Shown piece by piece: positions 28,644-38,049 of a stretch of 64,000 nt of DNA (position 1 is the stretch's first letter; every line of letters begins with the position of its first letter). Origin of the DNA: an uncultured Acidiferrobacteraceae bacterium (GTDB lineage: Bacteria > Pseudomonadota > Gammaproteobacteria > Acidiferrobacterales > SZUA-150); contig CAJVXY010000005.1 of assembly GCA_913009895.1 (NCBI GenBank), forward strand, positions 2,026 through 66,025. Reading direction: 5' to 3'. The position numbers and the translations under genes were made by a program. The notes under the pieces are model-generated. The model worked only from the letters and a program-made list of their open reading frames with translations. It was not told the origin of the DNA and searched no databases.

Positions 28644-30356
28644 TTACGGTTCGTAGGCCCCCTTTGACCACGGCGCGCCAGCGGGTGGCCTGACTTTTCC
28701 GGCCAGATCACTTGTAATGCCCCAGCCTAGATCATTTCCATTGAGGCCACCAGTTTTAATACTGGCGGGTGCTGAAGACCGTAATCGCCAACTATTATCG
28801 CCCATAGTTAAAATATTATTATCCGGGCCATCGATATCAACAAAAATTGACGTTTCTAGATCAGCAGTATTACTGCTTCCTTGTACGCCGATAAAAGCTT
28901 CCATTTCAGCCAAAGCACAGGTGGCAGGATTATTATCCCCGTCAGCATTTCCGGGACAAATATTACTTTGACCCCAGTAAATTGCTTTGGGACATGAAGA
29001 AAAATTATTATTCCTCACTGATGCAGGTTTCGCGGCGTTAGGATATTCACCAATACATACCGCATCGCCACTAACAAAAGTAGTAAAGATTATATTATTT
29101 TCAATTCTGGGCGCAGGTAACGGCGTACCCGTACCGGCGCTCTGAATCAAAACTGCATTCACCGCAACTGTCCCATTGCCGCCATTGATAGTGTTGTTTT
29201 GAATTACGGGTGAAGATGAACTGATAACAATACCACTTGTATATGAGGCATCACCTGCGCTAAGTACATTGTTATGAATTAATGCCGTCGAAGCAGTATC
29301 GGTATATACTGCTATTGACCAGTTTACGCCTGTACCGCCACTAATTTTATTGTGACTGATTGTGGGATTTGAGTTGTCAAAGCTATAAACACCATAAGAG
29401 TTTGAAGAGGCAATACCACCATAAACTTTGTTCTTATAGATGGTAGGCGAGGCATTTCTTGCGCTTAAAATGCCATAAGGATAGTTTCCAGTACCTGCAT
29501 TCAATATATTATTCTGAATCGTGGGTGAACCACCATCTCTTACTAAAATTACCGAAGTGAACCACAGTCCTGGTGCAGCTGTTGCATTAACCGTAAAGCC
29601 GTCCACAATTGTGTTTGCTGTGACGCCATTACCCATTTCTATTGCTGTATTGGCGGAATACCTGTCGCCTACAAATACAGTACTGTTATTGGTAATTGTT
29701 GACGTATAAATCTCGATATCACGTTCGGTAAATTCAGTATTATAACCACCATAAAGCGATATGCCATCAGTCAGGATCACATGTGACGCATTACCAGCAG
29801 CGCCATAGGTGACGGGATAGTTTCCGCCATCAACCGCAATCCAGGCAGGGGTACTGGTTGATGCCAGTGCAATGGCAGCAGATATGGTTTTAGTGGCGGT
29901 GGCTGGTGTTCGACCATCTGCGGCATCATCACCAGTATCATTGCTCACAAAAAAACCGGTCCCGGCATAAACGTCATAAACAAGATTCAGGATAATCTGA
30001 CCGGCACCACCAAGTTCAGTGGCGCTAACATTAATTGTTCGGCTGCTGCCCAGGGTCCAGCTTGATCCAGGAGAGATTACCAGTGTGTCATTAGATGCAC
30101 GATTGTTATTCCAGTTAGCCATATAGGCATCATTTGTGATGGAACCAGTCAGGCTCAGGGTGCCAATGTCCATGGTTTTGCCAAACGAAATAATAATATT
30201 GGCGTTATTACCAAGAATTCGTACCGAAGGATTAGCCGTCGCCCCGGGACTGGTTCCTGGAGCTGCGCCGGGGACACTGCTGCCACCGCCGCCACAGGCA
30301 GTTACTGCTGCCAACAAAAAAATAACAAATGATTGTCTATATATTCCCGTAAACAT
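28644..30356 (-). CDS. Lipoprotein with right-handed parallel beta-helix (PbH1) repeats
   Basis: Lipobox LLAAVTAC followed by GGGGS. Repeated turns include IQNNILNAGTGN, IYKNKVYGGIAS, ISHNKISGGTG, IHNNVLSAGDAS, IQNNTINGGNG and IENNIIF. Confidence 0.75.
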   Translation of the reverse strand: MFTGIYRQSFVIFLLAAVTACGGGGSSVPGAAPGTSPGATANPSVRILGNNANIIISFGKTMDIGTLSLTGSITNDAYMANWNNNRASNDTLVISPGSSWTLGSSRTINVSATELGGAGQIILNLVYDVYAGTGFFVSNDTGDDAADGRTPATATKTISAAIALASTSTPAWIAVDGGNYPVTYGAAGNASHVILTDGISLYGGYNTEFTERDIEIYTSTITNNSTVFVGDRYSANTAIEMGNGVTANTIVDGFTVNATAAPGLWFTSVILVRDGGSPTIQNNILNAGTGNYPYGILSARNASPTIYKNKVYGGIASSNSYGVYSFDNSNPTISHNKISGGTGVNWSIAVYTDTASTALIHNNVLSAGDASYTSGIVISSSSPVIQNNTINGGNGTVAVNAVLIQSAGTGTPLPAPRIENNIIFTTFVSGDAVCIGEYPNAAKPASVRNNNFSSCPKAIYWGQSNICPGNADGDNNPATCALAEMEAFIGVQGSSNTADLETSIFVDIDGPDNNILTMGDNSWRLRSSAPASIKTGGLNGNDLGWGITSDLAGKVRPPAGAPWSKGAYEP

Positions 30357-30627
30357 GATGTCCCTCGTGAGTTGTGCTGCGTCTTTAAATTACCTGCGCA
30401 GCACTAACCAGATAAATAATATGCGTGTTAATTAAGAAGTCGGCAAGAGTAATCTGCCGGCTGGCATGTGTCCACATGTGACAGGTGTTTTTCGCGCGTA
30501 ATTATTCCACTAACTTTTTAGTGAAATCAGTGACAAGTACCGGAAAAATTTCTGTAATCTGGATTATTCGACTGCTTTTCCAACTGCATCAATTAGTTAG
30601 GAATGGATATTCAAGTATGCCCTGATT

Positions 30628-30897
30628 TTATTTCAACAGGGGGTGGTCTTTGGGTAGGGTTTTGGCATGCCACAGGGCCAGCCTGTGGCGTATGGTCTTT
30701 TGTGATACCTGTTCTTCAGGTAAAGGCTGAATGACTTTGTCATGAACCAGTAAACGGTAGATGTATTCAAATCGTTCGGCCTGGGAATCAGTCGGCTCAA
30801 ATACGACTGCACCTCTCTTCTCTCCGTACTCCATTCCCGCAAGCAGTGCTGCTTTTTCCAGTTCATGCTCGTGTTTAAGTTTTTTTGTTTTGCCCAT
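30628..30897 (-). CDS. Hypothetical 89-aa protein, 36 nt downstream of the membrane-anchor gene
   Basis: Clean ORF on the same strand as the molybdoenzyme operon; no family recognised. Confidence 0.5.
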   Translation of the reverse strand: MGKTKKLKHEHELEKAALLAGMEYGEKRGAVVFEPTDSQAERFEYIYRLLVHDKVIQPLPEEQVSQKTIRHRLALWHAKTLPKDHPLLK

Positions 30898-30933
30898 ATC
30901 CCATTGTATCGCGAAAGTTAAAAATCGTGCTTT

Positions 30934-31911
30934 TTAGCCTACTGTTTGATAATAAAGATTTTGCGGGTGATTAGCCTGAGCGAAGAAAAACCAGCGCTCG
31001 GCAATGAGTCCAATATATTGTGTTACAAAAGCGACGACAAGTATTAAAAACCCACTATTGCCCATGGCAAGACTGATGAGTATTACCGGCACAACAAATA
31101 CCAGTACCAGGAATACCCATTTGATATTGCGGAAGAACCAGTCAGGGGCGCCATGAAAAAACTCGCGCGTGTTGAATGACCCGCCCATCTGGCCCTGGGA
31201 GCGCTGCTGAATTTTACCGTGGCGAATACCAATAGCGGTTTTGAGATTGGACTGCGGTTTCAACCGGGCATTCCGTACCAGGCTTGCAATACGTGTGACC
31301 AGGCCGCTGATTGTAATAATAATCGTCCAGACCACATAAAACTGTACCAACGCTGGTGCCAGTATGGCCGCCAGCGCCGCCGCCAGCAAGAATCCGGACG
31401 CCAGTCCCAGTAAAGTGTAGTTAATAACCGTTAAGGGTGATGCCCATTCCTTCAGGAATTTTATACAGGCGTATATCATGCCAGTGCACAGGAACAATAA
31501 AAATGTTACCAGGGTGCCGCCAGAACCGAGAATCAATGACAGGTCATTATCCAGACCAGTATTGAAACCGAACAGGGTCAGTTTTAATCCCAGTAAATGC
31601 ACCAAACCATAAACTAAAATCGCGCCGATCACTGCGGGCAACACAATCACTTCCCGGGATAACCACGAGGTTCGCCATTGACTGGCAGATCGCCATGCCC
31701 GTTCCGGGTGGCCCAGGTGAAAAAACGAGGCAACTAACCCGGCTACCAGAAAAATAAGCGCCAGCATGCTGCCTGTGACGTAAAAGTTATGGGACTGTGC
31801 CGGCAATAAATCGAGTGTGCCATATACCTCGCCGGTATAAATTGCCAGGAACAATCCCTGGCCAACACCAATTAACGTGGTTAAGAAAATTACTGAAAAA
31901 GCTGGGTGCAT
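30934..31911 (-). CDS. soeC: DmsC/NrfD-like membrane anchor subunit (SoeC-like)
   Basis: 325 aa, about 8 TM helices, third gene of the A-B-C arrangement. Confidence 0.6.
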   Translation of the reverse strand: MHPAFSVIFLTTLIGVGQGLFLAIYTGEVYGTLDLLPAQSHNFYVTGSMLALIFLVAGLVASFFHLGHPERAWRSASQWRTSWLSREVIVLPAVIGAILVYGLVHLLGLKLTLFGFNTGLDNDLSLILGSGGTLVTFLLFLCTGMIYACIKFLKEWASPLTVINYTLLGLASGFLLAAALAAILAPALVQFYVVWTIIITISGLVTRIASLVRNARLKPQSNLKTAIGIRHGKIQQRSQGQMGGSFNTREFFHGAPDWFFRNIKWVFLVLVFVVPVILISLAMGNSGFLILVVAFVTQYIGLIAERWFFFAQANHPQNLYYQTVG

Positions 31912-31924
31912 GTTTTGTTTCCTA

Positions 31925-32656
31925 TTACCAGGAAGTGACGTCGTCCAGGGACGGTTCGTCCAGCCCCGGCTTGACGGTTGGGCCTTCTTTTTTCAAAGGA
32001 TTATCGGCACGAACCAGTTCATCCATGTGTATCTGGATACGGGTCTTACGGCGCGGTAAATAATGGTTGGCCGGCTGTGTGCCCCATTCAGGCATGAGCT
32101 GGTATCCACCCTCTTCACGAATGGCTTTTGATACCACCGATTCAGGATCGTGGACATCACCAAACAGCCGGGCACTGGTAGGACAAGCCAGGACACAAGC
32201 TGGTTTGCGTTCCGCCTCGGGTAAATTCTGATCATAGATTCGATCCACACACAAGGTACATTTTTTCATCACCTTCTGGTGTTCATCGATTTCGCGGGCG
32301 CCATAAGGACATGCCCACGAACAATACTTGCAGCCAATACATTTATCGTAATCTACCAGTACAATACCATCTTCCTCACGCTTGTAACTGGCGCCGGTTG
32401 GGCACACGGGTACACAGGGCGGATCTTCACAGTGTAAACAGGACTTGGGAAAATGCACCGTCTCTGTATTCGGGTATTCCCCCACTTCAAAGGTTTGTAC
32501 TCTATTAAAAAAAGTGCCGGTAGGTTGTTCGCCATAGGGCCTGTCATCTGATAATGCGCCCGCAACACCGGAAGTATTCCATTCCTTGCAACTGGTAACG
32601 CAGGCATGGCAACCCACGCATACATTCAGATCAATGACCAATGCCAATTGCGACAT
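31925..32656 (-). CDS. soeB: 4Fe-4S ferredoxin-type subunit (DmsB family, SoeB-like)
   Basis: The likely start MSQLALVIDLNVCVGCHACVTSCK (ATG 32656) lies 2 nt from the upstream stop. It has four Cys clusters (CxxCxxCxxxC types). Confidence 0.7.
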   Translation of the reverse strand: MSQLALVIDLNVCVGCHACVTSCKEWNTSGVAGALSDDRPYGEQPTGTFFNRVQTFEVGEYPNTETVHFPKSCLHCEDPPCVPVCPTGASYKREEDGIVLVDYDKCIGCKYCSWACPYGAREIDEHQKVMKKCTLCVDRIYDQNLPEAERKPACVLACPTSARLFGDVHDPESVVSKAIREEGGYQLMPEWGTQPANHYLPRRKTRIQIHMDELVRADNPLKKEGPTVKPGLDEPSLDDVTSW

Positions 32657-32657
32657 A

Positions 32658-35555
32658 TCAGGCTCCCTTTTTGCGACCGGCAAAATAAGCCTGCCACTTA
32701 ACGCGTTTGTTTTGCTGACCCGGGACAGGCGCGATGGCATCAAACTGTGGCAGGCTGACATCATCACCTTTTTTTTCGGCTTTATAGACGCGCACCCGCA
32801 CGTCATACCAGCCGGCCTGGCCAGTGACCGGATCCGAATTGGAAAAGCGAAAACCACTGGCATCGGCCGGCAACTCTTCGGAAATTAAATGATTCAACAA
32901 AAAACCTTTGCGAGATTCATCCGCTTTTGGTTCCAGGCTCCAGGCACCCGATGCTTTACCAATGGCATTCCAGGTCCAGACTGTGCCCGGTTCAACGGCC
33001 TCGGAAAAACGACACATACATTTTACCTTGCCCCATTGTGATTCGACCCAGACCCAGTCGCCATCATTAAATCCACCCTGCTTGCCCAGTGTTGGGCTCA
33101 TATATAGATGGTTGTAGGTATGAATCTGGCGCAGCCAGGCATTTTGAGAATCCCAGGAATGGTACATGGCCATGGGACGCTGGGTCACTGCGCTTAGTGG
33201 ATACTTATTTTTGTCAGTGGTCTGCACTTCCAGCGGCTCATAATAAAATGGCAAGGGATCAAAATAGGTTTCGATACGTTTGCGTAAATGGTCCGGTGGT
33301 TGTTTGCCAGTCGTTTTACCCTGGGCCGCCAGTCGAAAATGTTGTAACACCTCGGAATAAATATGAATGTTAATGGGCTCGGCATAACGGGTCAGTCGGT
33401 GGCGCTGGGCCCATTCAAGATATCCCTTGTTCCAGTTACGCATGTACTGAAATGACTTGGGCAACTCGTAGTGATAAACACAATTATTCTCTTCATACAT
33501 TTTCCACTGGTTCGGATTCGGTTCACCGCGCATGAATTTCTCACCGCCCTTGCCGCGCCAGCCTGCAAGAAAACCAATGCCAGAACCGGGCTCGGTTTCG
33601 TAGTTGGTGACAAAATCAGGATAGTCACGGAATTTGCGCACGCCTTCTTTATCGACAAACGCCGGCAACTTCAGGCGTGAACCCATTTCAATTAATACTT
33701 CCTGGAATGGTTTACATTCACCGGTAGGCGGCAAGACCGGAATACGAACCGCATCCACCGGCCCGTCAAATTCGGAAATAGGTCGATCCAGCATGGACAT
33801 GACATCGTGGCGCTCAAGATAAGTGGTATCGGGCAGTACCAGGTCGGCGTAAGCCACCATCTCGGACTGGAAGGCATCGCATACTATTATATAAGGTATC
33901 TTGAATTCACCGTTTTCATCCTTGTCGTTGAGCATTTTGCGTACTTCCGACGTGTTCATGGACGAATTCCAGGCCATGTTGGCCATAAAAATTAACAAGG
34001 TATCGATTTTGTAAGGATCGCCACGCCAGGCATTGGTAATGACGTTATGCATCAGTCCGTGAACTGATAACGGATACTCCCAGGAAAAGGCCTTATCAAT
34101 ACGAACGGGTTTGTTGTCGTCATCAACAAAAAGATCATCAGGCTCCGCGGGCCAGCCCAGGGCCATACCATCCAGTGGTGTATTGGGCTGGATGGCGCTT
34201 GGGTGGTCCGGGGTCTTGGCACACGGGGGAATTGGTCGTGGAAACGGCGCCTTGTGTCGAAAACCACCGGGTCGATCAATAGTACCCAGCAAGGTCATTA
34301 ATATAGACAGTGCCCGAATACTATGAAAACCATTGGAGTGTGCCGCCAGTCCGCGCATGGCATGAAACGCCACGGGATTACCGGTAATGGTTTCATGGTC
34401 CTTGCCCCAGATGTCGGTCCAGGCAATCGGTAACTCAATTTTCTGGTCGCGGGCGGTGACGCCCATTTCATGGGCAAGCCGGCGGATGGTCTCGGCCGGG
34501 ATACCGGTAATGCCCTCGGCCCATTCCGGTGTATATTCCTTGAGCCTGTCGACCAGCATCTGGAATGAAGGTTTTACCGGTGTACCATCTTCCAGCTCGA
34601 ATTCACCCATTAAGCGGGGATCGCAACCAGCCGTATGGGTGACTACCGCCTTGTTTTGATTGCGGTCCCACCACAGTTTGTTTTCAGGATCAAAACAACC
34701 TTCTTCAATGGGCACTTCGGCACGGACAAACATGCCGAATTCGGAATTCTTTTCGTCCAGGTTCACCAGTTCGGCGCCATTACTATACTGCACAACAAAA
34801 TCACGATCGTACAATCCCTGTTTGATGATCTCGTTATTCAACGCCAGTAACAGGGCGCCGTCTGTACCCGGGCGAATCGGAATCCACTCATCGGCAATAG
34901 CGGAATAACCAGTGCGCACCGGATTAATAGAAATAAATTTACCGCCATTTCGTTTAAATTTTGCAATGGCGATTTTCATGGGATTGGAATGGTGGTCTTC
35001 AGCCGTGCCCAACATGACAAACAGCTTGGCCCGATCCAGATCCGGGCCGCCGAATTCCCAGAACGAACCGCCAATGGTGTAAATCATGCCAGCGGCCATA
35101 TTGACTGAACAAAAACCACCATGGGCGGCATAGTTTGGCGTACCAAATTGTTTAGCAAATAAACCGGTCAATGCCTGCATTTGATCACGGCCGGTAAACA
35201 GTGCAAATTTTTTCGGATCCGTCCCACGAATTTTTGCCAGTCGTTTTTCCATGATGGCGAAGGCCTCGTCCCAGGAGATGGACTCGAAGGCATTATCACC
35301 CCGCTCGGCACCCGCCTTGCGCTTCAAGGGCTGGGTCAGGCGCGCGGGCGAATACTGTTTCATAATACCGGAGGCCCCCTTGGCGCAAATAACACCCTTG
35401 TTTAAAGGATGATCAGGGTTGCCTTCGATATAACGGACTTCGCCATCGCGCAAGGTGACGCGAATACCACAACGACACGCACACATATAACAGGTGGTGT
35501 TTTTGGTCTCAATCCGGCCGGAACGGTCCTCCTGATCTTTACCAGGTGCGGTCAT
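32658..35555 (-). CDS. soeA: Molybdopterin (bis-MGD) oxidoreductase catalytic subunit without a Tat signal; SoeA-like cytoplasmic sulfite dehydrogenase candidate
   Basis: 965 aa. An N-terminal CYMCACRCG...C FeS motif begins within 25 residues of the start, and there is no twin-arginine leader. Size and A-B-C gene order match SoeABC of purple sulfur bacteria. Confidence 0.6.
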   Translation of the reverse strand: MTAPGKDQEDRSGRIETKNTTCYMCACRCGIRVTLRDGEVRYIEGNPDHPLNKGVICAKGASGIMKQYSPARLTQPLKRKAGAERGDNAFESISWDEAFAIMEKRLAKIRGTDPKKFALFTGRDQMQALTGLFAKQFGTPNYAAHGGFCSVNMAAGMIYTIGGSFWEFGGPDLDRAKLFVMLGTAEDHHSNPMKIAIAKFKRNGGKFISINPVRTGYSAIADEWIPIRPGTDGALLLALNNEIIKQGLYDRDFVVQYSNGAELVNLDEKNSEFGMFVRAEVPIEEGCFDPENKLWWDRNQNKAVVTHTAGCDPRLMGEFELEDGTPVKPSFQMLVDRLKEYTPEWAEGITGIPAETIRRLAHEMGVTARDQKIELPIAWTDIWGKDHETITGNPVAFHAMRGLAAHSNGFHSIRALSILMTLLGTIDRPGGFRHKAPFPRPIPPCAKTPDHPSAIQPNTPLDGMALGWPAEPDDLFVDDDNKPVRIDKAFSWEYPLSVHGLMHNVITNAWRGDPYKIDTLLIFMANMAWNSSMNTSEVRKMLNDKDENGEFKIPYIIVCDAFQSEMVAYADLVLPDTTYLERHDVMSMLDRPISEFDGPVDAVRIPVLPPTGECKPFQEVLIEMGSRLKLPAFVDKEGVRKFRDYPDFVTNYETEPGSGIGFLAGWRGKGGEKFMRGEPNPNQWKMYEENNCVYHYELPKSFQYMRNWNKGYLEWAQRHRLTRYAEPINIHIYSEVLQHFRLAAQGKTTGKQPPDHLRKRIETYFDPLPFYYEPLEVQTTDKNKYPLSAVTQRPMAMYHSWDSQNAWLRQIHTYNHLYMSPTLGKQGGFNDGDWVWVESQWGKVKCMCRFSEAVEPGTVWTWNAIGKASGAWSLEPKADESRKGFLLNHLISEELPADASGFRFSNSDPVTGQAGWYDVRVRVYKAEKKGDDVSLPQFDAIAPVPGQQNKRVKWQAYFAGRKKGA

Positions 35556-35789
35556 AATCTGGTCCCTATGCTAAATCTACTGACATGAAACCATGTTTTA
35601 CCATGTCCTGAATAGTCGCCATTAATCATTTTATAGAATATCAGTGTTTGCTAATATTCATTATGGCTGCTTGTCAGTCAGAAATGAACCAAAGCGTCTT
35701 CGTATTTTTTTATGAGGGGGTTAACAATTTAAGGGGCAAAAAAATACTGCCCATGTTTTAAGCAACACACATGAATATATGAGTGTATA

Positions 35790-37493
35790 TTAATTGATCT
35801 TCAGGGGAGACGGCCCCTCAATCCCGTAACCCTGCGCGTAATCTACACCAATATCGCGAAGTTTCTCAATTGTTTCCGGTGTTTCTACGTATTCGGCGAT
35901 GGTACGGAGACCAGCAACATGACCAATTTTATTAATTGCTTCGACAATGGCGGTATCCATTGGATCAAGCAACATGTCGCGCACAAATTCACCGTCAATT
36001 TTCAGGAAGTCGGCAGGTATGGTTTTAAGGTAGGAGAATGAGCTCATGCCTGAACCGAAATCGTCCAGGGCAAACAGGCAACCCGCATCTTTTATCTCAT
36101 TTATAAATTTTACCGCAGATTTTAGATTGGCAATCGTTGCCGTCTCGGTAATCTCAAAACAAATTACACCTTGGGGTATTTCGTATTCAATCAATTTTTC
36201 ACTAATATAGGTGAAAAATTTCTCGTCACTTAAAGACGCGCCAGAGAGGTTGATAAATGAAAGAGCAGGTTTGGTAGCAGTGCCGGACTTTCTGAATTGT
36301 TTTGATAAAATTCCAAATGCGGCATTAATCACCCAGCGATCAAGCTCGGGCATCAAGTCGTATCTTTCTGCTGCCGGAATAAATGCGCCCGGCAAAATTA
36401 ATTCGCCATTTTCACCGACCATACGAACTAAAAATTCAGAATATTTTTCACCAATACCGTTGTTACTCAATGGATGGATAAATTGCTTATGGAGCTCAAA
36501 ACGATTGTCTCGCAATGCCTGGCTGGTGAGGTTTAGCCACTGCATCTCACCCTGTCGTTGCAGTACCTCAGAATCATCGTCGCGGTAAATTTGAATACGG
36601 TTGCGCCCTTTATCCTTGGCTGCATAACAGGCCAGGTCAGCAGCACTCAGAACATCGGCCATTGTTTTACCATCATCACCAATCATGACCATTCCTATGC
36701 TAACGCCCAGGGAAAAGGTTTTCTTTTGCCAGCTAAAACGAAATTCCCTGACAGTTTGCAGTAATTTTTCAGCTATTTCTTTGGCCTTTTCATGGGGGCA
36801 ATTCTCCATCAAAACACCAAACTCATCTCCGCCGATGCGGGCCAGGGTATCCCGTTCTCGAACTGGTCCATGGAGCACAATTGATAATTGTTTTAATAAT
36901 TCATCGCCTGCCACATGGCCGCAGGTATCATTAACAATCTTGAATTGATCAAGGTCCAGGTACAGTAATGCATGTTCAATCTGTTGCTCCCTGGCCGAAA
37001 AAATAGCGCGACTTAATCGAATTTCGAAATCATGTCGATTCGTCAGGCCAGTAAGCGCATCATGGTAGGCCATGTGGCGTATGGTTGCTTCAGCAGTACG
37101 GTGGGCACGACGTATTTCCACTTCGCGCAGTTCCCGTTCAATTGCCGGGACTAAACGCGCCATGTTGTCTTTCATAATATAATCATGGGCGCCGGTTTTC
37201 ATGGCAGCCACGGCAATCTCTTCACCGATACTGCCAGATACAATAATGATTGGCGTGTCCAGTTCAAGTTCCCTCATTACCTCAATGGCTGCTGTTGAAT
37301 TAAAACCAGGCATGTTGTGATCAGTGAGAACCAAATCCCAGGGCTCACTAATTAACGCGTCAAACATGGATTTCTGTGTCTCAACGCGTTTGCAGTGTGG
37401 CGTGAATCCACCACAATGTAGCTCACGGATAAGAAGAATCATGTCGTCTTCTGAATCCTCAACGACCAGAATTCGGATATCCTTGTCCATCAC
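35790..37493 (-). CDS. Response regulator with REC-GGDEF-EAL domains
   Basis: The REC domain (LVLTDHNMPG), the GGDEF motif (RIGGDEFGVL) and an EAL-type domain (EFLVRM...EITET...DDFGSG) are all present. Confidence 0.9.
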   Translation of the reverse strand: MMDKDIRILVVEDSEDDMILLIRELHCGGFTPHCKRVETQKSMFDALISEPWDLVLTDHNMPGFNSTAAIEVMRELELDTPIIIVSGSIGEEIAVAAMKTGAHDYIMKDNMARLVPAIERELREVEIRRAHRTAEATIRHMAYHDALTGLTNRHDFEIRLSRAIFSAREQQIEHALLYLDLDQFKIVNDTCGHVAGDELLKQLSIVLHGPVRERDTLARIGGDEFGVLMENCPHEKAKEIAEKLLQTVREFRFSWQKKTFSLGVSIGMVMIGDDGKTMADVLSAADLACYAAKDKGRNRIQIYRDDDSEVLQRQGEMQWLNLTSQALRDNRFELHKQFIHPLSNNGIGEKYSEFLVRMVGENGELILPGAFIPAAERYDLMPELDRWVINAAFGILSKQFRKSGTATKPALSFINLSGASLSDEKFFTYISEKLIEYEIPQGVICFEITETATIANLKSAVKFINEIKDAGCLFALDDFGSGMSSFSYLKTIPADFLKIDGEFVRDMLLDPMDTAIVEAINKIGHVAGLRTIAEYVETPETIEKLRDIGVDYAQGYGIEGPSPLKIN

Positions 37494-37497
37494 CAGT

Positions 37498-37944
37498 TTA
37501 CTTGTTCACTCGTGGTGGGCCCTGGTTTAACACGAGCCAGTAAAGCCCCATGTGGCCTACTGCTTCAATAAACTGTTTAAAATCGACAGGTTTGCGTATG
37601 TAACTATTGGCGCCAAGCTCATAACTGGAAAGCATATCCTGCTCTTCACTGGAGGTAGTCAAAACAACAACGGGCTGCAGGGCAGTACGTTCATCGGCAC
37701 GCAATCGCTTTAATACTTCCAGGCCATCAATTTTTGGCAGTTTAAGATCAAGCAAAATTAATTCGGGTTGTTTTGATGTATCACGTCCATCGTACTGGCC
37801 AGTACCAAATAAGTAATCCAACGCTTCAACCCCGTCACGGACCACAATGACCTCATTAAGAATATTATTTTTTTTTAATGCGCGAAGCGTTAAAGCCTCA
37901 TCATCGGTACTATCCTCAATAAGGAGGATAATTTTTTCTTCCAT
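37498..37944 (-). CDS. Single-domain CheY-like response regulator
   Basis: 148 aa, LLIEDSTDD...LILLDLKLPKIDG...SYIRKP. Confidence 0.9.
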   Translation of the reverse strand: MEEKIILLIEDSTDDEALTLRALKKNNILNEVIVVRDGVEALDYLFGTGQYDGRDTSKQPELILLDLKLPKIDGLEVLKRLRADERTALQPVVVLTTSSEEQDMLSSYELGANSYIRKPVDFKQFIEAVGHMGLYWLVLNQGPPRVNK

Positions 37945-38049
37945 ACATCTTCTCCTTAATCCTGTACTTTCAGACTATATCCCGGGATTAATGGTTAGAC
38001 TCAATAAATTCAGGTGCTATTGAATTAACAGTATACGACATGGAGAGTA

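Noticed and set aside
32908-35405. Numerous 60-90-aa ORFs in both strands within 32.6-35.6 kb, and the 312-aa extension of the FeS subunit ORF to 32863.
   Set aside because: All lie inside or overlap the 965-aa molybdoenzyme gene. The FeS subunit's family-typical start is at 32656, right after the upstream stop.
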